Positions 48,125 through 59,132 of a stretch of DNA of 64,000 bases are shown here, piece after piece. The notes below the pieces were generated by a model, which had not been told where the DNA came from, searched no databases, and saw nothing but the letters and a program-made list of their open reading frames with translations. Source of the DNA: Paraphysomonas bandaiensis (taxonomy: Eukaryota > Protista > Chrysophyceae); contig CBFFRP010000263.1 of assembly GCA_965644295.1 (NCBI GenBank), forward strand, positions 496,001 through 560,000, in the 5' to 3' direction. Position numbers and translations under genes: made by a program. Position 1 is the stretch's first letter; the number at the start of each line of letters is the position of its first letter.

Positions 48125-49337
48125 AATTCATTTACTTAATTAGCAATATGAGCGATAAACTGGTACCAGAAGTCATTGCACGAATGTTCTTTGAGAAAAT
48201 AAATGATAATAACGAAGCAGTTGGCATAGAGACTTGACATACCTGGAGTTTCCTGTAAGAAAAAGTGTTCTGAAGAGATAAAGTAAGGCTATTTTATATA
48301 TAACTCTATCTTGTAGGACGATGAATGGAAATTTAAAGTTTTGGTTTCCCAGCGAAGTGGTGGTGCAATGGATAAATATGTCGATGGCAAAGTATCACCT
48401 CAAGCGTGAAATAATGCATATCACTGGTTGGAATGGGTGATAATGGGTGATCTTCTATTCTCTTTTGTGGAAAAACCATTGACACAAAAAGAACTTTTGT
48501 TGACATTTATGAAGTATATGAAAGAGAAATCATGATCATAGTATCAAAGCAATGCTTCCAATGCAATTCGGTTTGATTGCTGCAGCAAGGAACGGAAGCG
48601 AGCACGTCTTAACCAGCAAACTCATTAAAACAGCATGAAGCACTTGCATGCCACAACCAATAGGGTTCAAAACAGGTTCAATAGAGCAAAGATTGTTATG
48701 GCTGATATGCGCAAGAGTATTGCTTACGTTTTTAAGCATGAACCGTCGCTTCTGGAAAGAAATTACAGTTGAGGTAGCTTAATTGGCAACTTATTATGTA
48801 GTTTTAGTATTAAATAATTGCAATTAATTGAAATTGAGGCAGCAAGTAATAATTGCGATTATAATTGACTACAACCTGCGTTAATTAATTGATACGCAGC
48901 CCCCCGGTAATTGCCACGCATGCATTAATTATCTCAAATGACAATGAGTAATGTGCAGTCGATTAGTGATAAGTGATAAACTGTGGTATAATCATTTGTG
49001 ACCTAAGTGTGGATCAATACTATAAGATCTACAACGCGACACGCCAGTTAGCAGTTAACAGATAAATTTGCATGGAGATTAAAGTAACGTAGAATAAATG
49101 TCATGTTGATAATGCCACTGAACCCCTTTTCACGAATTCACAATGCGTAGCAGTACTTCTTGAATGTAGAAACCGTACAGTTGTTCCAGAGTTGATGTTG
49201 TAGTACTTCGCAATAGTACCAAAAAGTAGTTATCATAACAACAAAAATAATAACACATTAAAGGTAGACGCTTTTACTTACTTACAAAATAATGCAGCAT
49301 GATTGAGTTTAAAGTTATTCCTCGATAACATCAACAA

Positions 49338-52300
49338 CTATATATCTTTGCTGTATTGAATTACAAATCCACCTCCAGTTCTTCTTGCGGCCTTTTTAAT
49401 CCTTTGTCTCTCTCTCGCTAAAGAAATCTTTCGTCGTTCTTCTCTTAAAGCATCTTCTGCACGCCGCTTGGTTAATTCGAAAGAGCGCAATGACTCATAC
49501 TCTTTCAATTTTCTTTCCTCTTCACTTTTATTCAAAACGACAGGTGGTGTCGTGTCTAGTTCCATATCAATAATGTTGGATGATATCATAAAGGGTGAGT
49601 ACTGGATTTCAATTGCGCCCAAATCGGAAGCCATCTCAACTTTCATAAGATGTGGATGATCCTTATCACCAATGCGTTTAGCTATGACTCCAACTTTGCC
49701 TGCAGGATACTCCACAATATTAAGTGATGTCTCTGTATTACTTTCGTTTCCTTCCAGCCATATCGTCGCCTGCAGAAGAGGGCCACTTGTGCACTTATTT
49801 CCGTATTGATCTCGATACTGAAATACGATTTCCCTCTCATCCTCGCCCTCCATCCATGGCTGCAGAGCTTGACGTGGATTTATCATCTCTGTAAATATTG
49901 AAGATGGGGCGCCGGAGAACACGTTTAAGATAGTGGAAAGAACAGTTTCACATCCTATCGAGACCTCCAAATTGGCTCTTCCAGATACTCTAAGGTTAGT
50001 GATGCAACGGGCAACTGTTCCACTATCTTCCCATTGTACAGATCCACTGCACGGTCGACATGGATCATCTTGCCACTTATAAAGCTGCACAAGCGCTCGA
50101 GCCGATATATCACTTTCCAGTGGGGTAATCACGGTGCTCACATGGGGACAATTTCTCCTTATATCTATGCACACAGGCTTCCCATCTTCCCCGCGCATCT
50201 CTACGGATACTACTATATCGGAGTCAACAGTACATAGCTCCGGGAGCGTAATATTACACATTCGAGGAGAATACGGGGCTGCTGTAGCTGAAATACGTAA
50301 AGGTGCCCCTCCAACCAAGTTATCATTGTCTGTGCTGTTAAATCCTATATGCCACTCATACAGACGTGGCGATGCCGGCTGATTCAAATCAAATACACTT
50401 CTCCCCTCTGAATCTATATGGAAGTTCACCTTGAATGTATCGACAACGATGTCACCTTCCGACGTTCGACAGTCAGCATACAAACAAGAAACTGTTTCCG
50501 TGGGAGAATCAATTCTATTACCATATTTATCGCATATGTATAAGACAAATGTAACACACGATCCACTTCTTACTGCTAACGGAGATTCATGAACTCTGTC
50601 TAAACCAATTGGCTTAAGATAACTCACGGTAGGACAGGGAGAGCTAGGAATTACTGTGACTTCAAAAGGAGACCCTCTAATATGTAATCCATCTATAGTA
50701 AGACTCAAAGAATAGCACCCAGCTATAGTCAGTCGACTATCTACGGTCCCCGAAAATGTTCCATCGAAGTTGTCATCAATCACAACTCGAGGAGTGTCAC
50801 GGGGAGTAGAGCTTGACGGTACCCATGCGATTTCAGGTTTCTGGTATGATAGAAATCCCTGAAGAACACTGCCTGAAAACTCTACAAGCCGCCCCTGTAC
50901 ATCACGAGATTGTACTGAGAACTTAAGTTTCTCCCCAGCAACAAGTGGGCTCTCAAGAGGCAGTCCTTTCAATGGGTGAGAAGTGTGACCGTACGCAATA
51001 ATTGTAAGAAGAGCGTAGTGCTTGCGACCACAAGATATTTGCCTTGCCTTCTTTCTCTTAGAGAATACACCTGCCTTAGTTGGAACAAGCCGCGAATCAT
51101 CACCAGAGGTAAGAGTCTCTTTATGCTGAGCTCCTGGCAAACCCCATGTCCACACAGAACCACTCTCAGATACGGCAAACACCGCACCCTGCGAGCACGC
51201 AACCTCCTCGATAGCTTCACCATCCAATACCGGAATATGTGTAAAAAACAGTTTATCCTGCGTATTTCCGCATCCCATTTGGCCAGCTATACCAAGACCG
51301 CATGTGAATACTCGGCGTTCAGCAGTTATCGCAACTGTAAACTCTTCGCCACAGCATACGTAAGCAAAGCGGGTCACCGGAGGTGGGAGAGTCTCTCCAG
51401 ACTGAGTGTGCAAAACGTTAACTCTGCCTGGTGTTTTTAATTCGCTGCATGAATTCCCCAATCCTAGCTGACCAGATGTGTTTGAACCTGTTGTAAAGAG
51501 ATTCCCATCGGAGTCCACAAATGCAGTGTGTGCTCCCCCACAAGATATGTGTACTAAATTCTCTCCAACAGTAATTGGCGTTGGCACGAGAACTGAGGCT
51601 CCATTTGAGTCGTGACCTAATGCCCCATAAGTATTCATTCCACAACCCCAAGCACTACCGTCATGCAGGAGAAACACCGTATGCGCTATCCCACATGCAA
51701 CCGCCAAAACATCCTTACCTACCAAGTCTTGTATCTGCGCGGGTTCCCGCACACTGTCGGCGGCCCCCTGTCCAAGTTGCCCGTGCGCTCCCAATCCCCA
51801 AGAAAATACTCTACCATCAAGCGCAGATACCACGGTATGCCCTGCTCCACATGATACAGCAACTACATGCACTCCGAGAAGTCCAGGTACGATTCCAGGT
51901 AATCGGTAGTGTTGCGTATCTGGGCGATCGATTCCAACTTGCCCATACTTACTATCCCCCCATGAATACACTTCTCCAGTTCCAGTTACTGCCACAGTGT
52001 GCATCGCTCCGCAAGATATGTCCACCACATGTTTCCCTCTAAGTTGCTCCACCATTGTAGGCGAGTGCTTGTCTTTTCCATCCGAGTGACCGAGGGCATG
52101 GGAATCACCAAGGCCCCAAGTAAATACACACCCTTGACTAACTCTACTCTGTCCATCAGCCTCTACAGATGAATGTAGAGATGCAATTTCATTATCAATG
52201 TCCTTGTTCTCTGGACATAGCGACTTGGCTCTCTCTAGATGCTCCAGAGCCTCGGCATTGCGATTCAGCAATTTTAAAGACTGAAAGCATATAAGATATA

Positions 52301-52613
52301 TGTACTAACACATAATTTGATTATCAACCTTGGCTGCTCTAAAGTACCCTTTTGGCCAGGAGGGCTGTAGATCGATTGCTCTTGTAGCATCTTCCAGGGC
52401 ACGCTCATACTGACCACTGAGTGCAAACGATGCAGAGCGATTGCTATATACCACTGCAGCATCCAAATCATCGTATGATACTGAACTATCATGTACAGAC
52501 TGTAAACACTTTGTATACCAAATTACAGCCTCTAAATAATCCCCACTTTGAAATGATTTGTCACCATTCTGTTTTTCAATTGATCCCACATTCGTGGAAG
52601 CACCAGAACCCAT
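49338..52613 (-). CDS. TPR + RCC1-repeat + filamin/Ig-like repeat protein (2 exons)
   Basis: MGSGAST start; STI1-like TPRs (YSNRSASF..ALEDATRAIDLQPSWPKGYFRAA); intron ~52278-52326; seven RCC1-like blades (ISCGAMHT, VYSWG..GQLG); filamin motifs (DDNFDGTF..HIRGSPF, DKYGN, DQYGN); C-terminal coiled coil. Confidence 0.88.
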
Positions 52614-53080
52614 TTATAACATAAAACAGTATTCTATATTCCACAATGACAATAAGGATAATAGTCTGTTAAGTATGTGTTTATATACCCATGAAATCAC
52701 TATATAATGATTGATAGTTCTATATATATATATATACTTTAAGAGGGATATCGTGTATATATATAAGTCATCTTCTACTTTCTTCTTATTCACGAATAAT
52801 AATGCTGTATTAGTAATATCTCTTCACTTATTGGGTCAAATGATTTTCGGTTTTTCCTTCTACTCAGATTTCCAGAAAAATAACTTAAAAATTGGGATTT
52901 ACTACAGAATTAAAACCCATTCTGCATAAAAAGGAGCTTTTTCTTAAAAATCTACTGTATGTACAGCAGCAAAAGTGTGTATCATATGCGAGTGTTCTCT
53001 ATATATGCATATCCAGAGGTAGATCATATCACCTTCATATCATCATATGAATTAACAAGCCAATACTCATATAATTTAAT

Positions 53081-53914
53081 ATGGATAGTTATATAAATGA
53101 ACAATGGCAATTATTTCATCATCTCGCTTATCAACATGGTTATTCCAATCGACTATTATTTACATTAGGAGCATGTGGGATTGAGTTTGTAGCATACTAC
53201 CTTCATTGCTGTTTTTTTCTCTGTGCTGATTATATAGGGTTCCTTGACAACTATGCTATTCGGTCAGGAAAACACAGAAAACCAAGTGACAAACAACAAT
53301 GGGAAGGCTTCAAAGAGGCTTCAGTTGATTTGTTCATTAAGAAGCCGATAATTTTGTATATGGTATTCCCGTATGTTACATGGGCTCTTGATTTTGAAAC
53401 TGCCCCGGAACTATCTACAGCATTTCTTCATTGGGTCTCCATGGAAATTCTTTTTTCTATAACTTTCTTTCTTGCTCACTGTACCCTTCATAAGGTCACG
53501 TTTTTATATAAGTATGTACACAAAGTTCATCACACCTTCCACGAGTCCGTGGGTTTCGCAGCTCAGTTTGCACACCCCGTTGAAGCGGGACTGGCTGCCT
53601 TTCACATTCTCTTTGCTGTGGTGATCGTTCGACCACACTTTCTGACTTTTTTGGCCTTTTTATTTACCCGGCTGGTGGAAATCGTTGATGCGCACTGCGG
53701 TTATGAGGTCCCTTGGAACTGCCTATACCCGTGGTCTGGTTTCTACCCATGGGGATGCGGGGTACGAATGCATGATTATCACCATTCCCACAATAGAGGT
53801 TGTTATGGAGGAGGCGTACTAGGTATTTGGGATAGAATCTGTGGTACTGATAAAGACTTCCGGGAGTTCGAGAGTAGAGAGAGGACAGAAGTAAACAGGG
53901 AAAAGGCTAAATGA
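53081..53914 (+). CDS. Fatty acid hydroxylase/sterol desaturase family protein (C4-methylsterol oxidase-like)
   Basis: His boxes HCTLH, HKVHH and HDYHH; FAHPVE, DAHCGY and WDRICGTD motifs. Confidence 0.9.
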   Translation: MDSYINEQWQLFHHLAYQHGYSNRLLFTLGACGIEFVAYYLHCCFFLCADYIGFLDNYAIRSGKHRKPSDKQQWEGFKEASVDLFIKKPIILYMVFPYVTWALDFETAPELSTAFLHWVSMEILFSITFFLAHCTLHKVTFLYKYVHKVHHTFHESVGFAAQFAHPVEAGLAAFHILFAVVIVRPHFLTFLAFLFTRLVEIVDAHCGYEVPWNCLYPWSGFYPWGCGVRMHDYHHSHNRGCYGGGVLGIWDRICGTDKDFREFESRERTEVNREKAK

Positions 53915-54302
53915 AGCTTGCATTTACATTCATTATTGTGTGTATCATCTTGGTCTACTGTTGAGTTCTCGTTTATTGCTGTTTTAGAGTGGAAGAAATA
54001 CCTTTCAGTTTATTTGTTATACGACATTTATTGTTTCCAACTGTTAGTGTGGTAGTTATAAGTGGTTTCACTGAGTGTCGTACACATATGGCAATGATGT
54101 ATTTAATATTATCCTCATTTTGTCTCGATAAGAGCTTTTTTTGACTTGATTTGGGCTCATCAGAACGCTCATATTAGTACCGGTCTAATATAGATATTCT
54201 ACTTCAATATTCGGTTCGAACAGAACATATCGTTTATTGAATATGATATTGATAGTCATTTAAACCGACTTTATCATTATAATATTATACAATTTTAGGG
54301 AG

Positions 54303-56007
54303 ATGATGAATGAACTTTCAGCTGCAGATATCCAAATACTCCAAGAAATATTTGGCTCGTCGTCTGATGAAGAAGACCACGTATGATGTCAATGCAGGTA
54401 TCTCACTTCAAACTCAGGACTTCGCAGAAATACGTCCAGCGTTTTGATTTGATGCTGAAGGTGATTTGGAGCAGTGGCACTCATTCCTTTCAGGGTTTGG
54501 GTCACGGCGAGCCTAGCAAGACTGCATCGATAAGTTCTTTTGTTGGCGTGCCTCATACGATACAGTGAACAAATCCATATGTGCCTTTTGCTGAAGTATT
54601 TTGACTTTCAGAGGGAACAACTGAATACTGATAACCAACGTATGTATGCACCAACAACAACAAGGATGACTTGCATTTTTTTCAAGATATTGGGCTTCTA
54701 CGGGACGTGGAGATCTGAAAATATTGTGCCCACTGCTTGACACTAATCTGAGTAAGTGGAAAAGACGTATACAGTTAAAAAGGTCTATGCATTTGAAAAA
54801 GAACATATCGGTAAGCAATAGCAAAAAGCTATTCATCAACTTAAACTTTGACAGTATATTTTGTTGCACCGTATTTGCGTCTCTGCCTGATGCCGAAATT
54901 CGTTCTCCTCGCAAGGCATATATTTGCGGTGGAAGTGCACTTGGCGCCCGCAGTAACTTGCATCAATTATTTCAATTTGAAGACATTGAATTACGCTATT
55001 ATGCAGACCGAATAAGTCACTGCTACTATGTCACGGGGAGTCTAATGAAACAGCAGGGCCCTATAAACACAGACCGTACTTGGCAAATAATATCTGACAC
55101 GCCTGGAATTAAAACTCTTGATAATTATATTGCTGCCTTTTCACCGGAATTACAAACAGGTATGTACTCTCAACAACCTGTATATAATATATATATATAG
55201 TATCACTCTATATGTTGTGCAGGTCGATTTCTTCGTAAGTTTATGACACGTTAGGATAAACTTGTAGCAACTCAATCCGTCATAATTGGAGAAAATGTAA
55301 CTTCAAACTTCGGGAAGGATATTGCCCGAGACACCAGAAATGTACACAGGACATTGGAGTTGTCGACAAACATGCTCAATGAATGCTAATGCAAGCTGCA
55401 CTTTAAGTGAAATTAAATCTGTATTTAAGCACATGAGGGACAGAACTTTAGATGGCTATATAGATTCTGCTATCCCTATGAAGATAACAGCGTCCGAGTC
55501 AGTTGCACTGGCAGGGGTTAAGCGTATTGTTCATAGTAGTGATGACAATGATGATGCAAGTGACAATAAAAAGCTTCGTGCGACTACAATTTTGCACATT
55601 CATGGAAACATCACTTGCACGAATTTCAATACCTCGCAGTTGCCATTCCCTCAACTTCCTTCTGCGGAATAGGGATACAGTTGTTGTAGCTATTGTTTTA
55701 GTATAGCACAGTTGACGCTCCCATGTATGTAGATAAATTTGATTTGAGATTTGATTTTTCATTAGTTTTCTTAATAATTCTAATCAGAGAATAGCTATTT
55801 CTTCTACCAGCAAGCTACAAACATACGTACTAAATAGTAGATATTCAACTTCATGAGGATTGAGGATAAGCTACAATTTAACCTAGGGATAAGGAGTATC
55901 GTCCCTTGTCTAAATTTTAAAACTCGGGCCTTTCGCCCTCGTTTCAAAATTTTGAGTGCGGGAGGAATATATAGCCTCCTTATTGCCCGTGGTTAAATAT
56001 AACTATA
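54303..56007 (+). mobile_element. Degenerate Crypton-type (tyrosine recombinase) DNA transposon
   Basis: Stop- and frameshift-broken, intron-containing frames give ALGAR.., RFLRK..IGEN.., PEMYTGHWSCRQT..LSEIKSVFKH..LDGYIDS, matching the R..HxxR..H..Y order of tyrosine recombinases. A long imperfect palindrome lies at 55877-55997. The left boundary is uncertain. Confidence 0.7.
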
Positions 56008-56381
56008 TCAGCATTTTGGATATTTTTAATGCGGTTATGTAGTAGGCTCCTAATATATAAATTATATCTGACGTTGTATAAACAACGCAATATACATAAT
56101 ATGTAGATACGTAATATATGTACCACTAACTTCACATACGAAAGTGTTTTTAGCATCTATTCGGTGGACAGTATTTCGAAAGAGAAGTGCTACGTTCCAT
56201 CCGAGGTCATACATGTCTATTGGACATAACATTTTCAGAATGGCAAGTAAAACATTATGTATATAGCTAGATCAGTTGTTGCGTTGTTGCACACCATCGT
56301 GATATGGTTGATATTTATTTAGTGTTAACCACAAGTAGATCTGATTCTCAAAAAACTAATCTTATCATCATATTATTATAT

Positions 56382-58130
56382 ATTGAATGTCTGATTATTT
56401 AGCAATAGGCGTTGAAAGCCTGCACCAATTAGTGGCTAGAAGAATGCTAGTCATACTAGTTAGACTACTACCCGTAACTAATCAATACAAACTCTTTTAT
56501 CCTACTATTTAACGCTACAGAAGCTGCTTGTGCGTCGCCGCAAGCACCAAGGTGCAACCACTTCCGTTCTTAGTGTGTGTTATGAGGCTCGCCATGATCG
56601 TGTGTCCTGGGACTCACCGGCGCGTGTGATCTGGAGGTCTCCTCTTGGGATGAGACTCCACTCGCTATATGATAGATAGCCTTATGTACCTCACGGGGAC
56701 TGACTTATTAGCCTTATGGCAGTTAGGGGAAACAGTAATATGCCCTTCTGAGATTGGCGATCTGGTGGCCTTCCTTTAGGCATTGTTCCAAGTGGCTCGG
56801 AGGTATGTGGATGAAGGTCTTGCAAAAGGTTATGGCCTACTGTGAAGAAGCGTCGAAATCGGCTCTTTTGCTGTCTTAGCCAGCGGTAGAGAACACATGC
56901 AAGAGGGTGTATAGCTGTACAGGGGTGGGATGTGAGGGTCATCCGGTGTGTCCAGCTACAGGGAGTCGAGAGGGAGTGTGATGGTGCAAGAGAGGCAACA
57001 TCTGATTGAGGGGAGTGAGACTGCGCAACAGAACAAGAGTCACTGAGGTCGAGTACTCTGATAGCCCTATGCACGAGATGATCGTGATGATGATGATGGT
57101 CTGGAGGAGACACTCGGACGTCCTCAGCTGCCCTTGTTAGTGTCTGTGTTGGTGCAGGGGGGTACAGGCTGAGGCATAGAGTACGTGTGTAAGGAAGATG
57201 ACGGCAAGGTATCAGAGACGAAGGGAGGGGAGATAGTTTGTCTGGGGGTTTTCTAGGAGGAGGTAGAGTGTACTGTGTGTGTGTATGACACTGCAGTGGT
57301 GTTATGAGTGTGTTGGACAGAGAGAGAGAGCTGGTGATGTGTCCAGCAGTACAGGTAGACAGGTACATGGACATGGTGATGTGTCCAACAGTACAGGTAT
57401 ACAGGTACATGGACATGGTGATGTGTCCAACAGTACAGGTATACAGGTACATGGACATGGTGATGTGTCCAACAGCAGTAGAGGTATACACGGAATGGTA
57501 TACATCCTGTAGGACACAGTAGTACAGTAGTCGAGTATACCGTATGCGGAATACAGTGTCTATCCAATGAGATGGATGGGCTGTGGGGGTGATAGGTGAA
57601 CAGGGTGAGGGGGTAGCCTGCTGGGTGGATGGACCACAGACAAACCATGTTGGGTTGGGTTGAGTGGGCGGCAGAAGGCAGCCCTGTTGCACAGTTGAGA
57701 GGGATCGAGAGTATTCAGTGATTGCATAGGGGGTCCATGGGGGTCGTTTTCGTGAGCCTGCTCGCACGAGCCATGTTCTGAGAGGTTGTAGCCGTAGAAA
57801 GCGATGGGTGAGACGAAGTTGTCTGCTGAGGGGATAGCACATAGGTGCGGTCAGCGCTGCATTGGTGCAGGCACGTGGTTTAACTGAAGTAGTTGAGTAG
57901 GGTGAAGGTTGCAAGGCCAGGCAGGGGGCTTGGAGCGTGTACAACATGGTGTGACAGGTAATTTGTCGGAAGCGTGGTGGTCAACAAAATGCAGCAGTAA
58001 GGGAGTGTAAAAGGCCCTGGGCACACTGATGTGACTCAGCCACGGTCTCAATAGAGACATTGGGCTTGGAGCTGGTTAATAGGGTGAAACTTTATGTTGG
58101 ACTGTATTTGCCATCGTAGGGCAGAGAATT
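56382..58130 (-). mobile_element. 5'-truncated, degenerate LINE related to 45557-47659
   Basis: 14-bp TSD TCATATTATTATAT (56368-56381 and 58131-58144). The 3' ~270 bp is homologous to the other LINE copy, including the PKGRPPD-like ORF end, the 68-nt motif and the GACATTCAATA tail. Confidence 0.8.
57333..57490. repeat. 42-bp minisatellite, ~3.7 copies
   Basis: Unit GGTGATGTGTCCAACAGTACAGGTATACAGGTACATGGACAT. Confidence 0.95.
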
Positions 58131-58189
58131 TCATATTATTATATTTAATCAAGTAGTTGACTTGCAATGCTACGTTATATAGTAGCAGC

Positions 58190-58659
58190 ACTCTGTTCTA
58201 GTGCATACATATATACTTGATCAGCTAGCCGCATACAGAAGCTATAATAATCATATTCTTCACTAGCTACATCATTTATATCACTATAGGCATTAAACGT
58301 ATTTTGCAAAATGCAGCCAAACGCAAACGAATCCTGCTTACCCCGTTCACCTTCAACACCTTTTCCCCCATGCTCGTGCGGCCATATCGGTTATACCAAA
58401 CTTCTTTTTGATGTATCAATAGCAGGACGATGGTGATGGGTACCTCGTCGACCATATCGTGTGTATGAATTGCTCATAGCAGTCCTAAACTTAGCATCAT
58501 TTTGGCCATCATGCTGATTATCTCGCCCGTAGTCTTGTTATAAACGCCAGCAAAGTCCCCCACCTTGCGTATCTTCTTCTTAAGCATATCAGTTTGAAGA
58601 TTGAATCGATTAGGGTGAACGGCTCCAATGTACTTAATGTTTTATTGATTCAAGAATTC
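58190..58659 (-). pseudogene. piggyBac-like transposase fragment, interrupted by the Copia element
   Basis: The minus strand reads EFLNQ*NIKYIGAVHPNRF...ILQNTFNAY...YSFCMRLADQV, resembling the PGBD C-terminal half (GTVRxNR, NAY, FxxxLA). Contains stops and frameshifts. Confidence 0.45.
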
Positions 58660-58953
58660 TGTTGAGAAACGCTCATTTTACACTAGATCACAGAGAGAAT
58701 TTGTCGTAAGACTAGATAGATTTATTAGTATCGTTTACACGAAGTTGTGATAACCAACACTAACTCATTATAATCCCTGCATAATATCCTACATATGCGA
58801 ACCTCTCGTTACTGAACATATCTTGAACGATCAAACTATTTCAGTTTCTCAATATCATCACAACATTTGTACATCACTATATTTCACTGTATTCTCGTAC
58901 ATTGTCTTGAAGTGACATACTGAATATACTAGAATAAGATCCATATTCTAATA
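58660..58953 (-). repeat. 3' LTR of the Copia element (~294 bp)
   Basis: Matches 63874-64000; the inner boundary is inferred from the adjacent PPT. Confidence 0.85.
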
Positions 58954-59132
58954 CTCCCACTCAATGTAGAATGCAGTGAGATAAAACAGCAGTGATCACA
59001 ATAATCTGATAATGCTATGACTATCTAGTCCCATAGGTAAAAACAGATGTGAAATCTTTTAAAGATACATATATATCTAGCAGTCAACTAGATATACAGT
59101 TATGTGGGATTTTCACCCACTAAAACACACCT

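Larger units (their letters stand above)
45250..48922 (+). mobile_element. Decayed hAT-like DNA transposon (transposase relic 48148-48760), host of the SINE/LINE nest; termini approximate
   Basis: Broken reading frames give YHWLEWVIMGDLLFSFVEKPLT..TFMKYM..LPMQFGLI and NRFNRAKIVMADMRKS..FLSMNRRFW (hAT core and dimerisation domain). CAATTA/TAATTG-rich blocks at 45275-45345 and 48810-48890 resemble each other. Confidence 0.6.

Noticed and set aside
56691-57947. 418-aa ORF as a host gene
   Set aside because: It lies within a TSD-bounded LINE relic, is low-complexity and shows no domain motifs.
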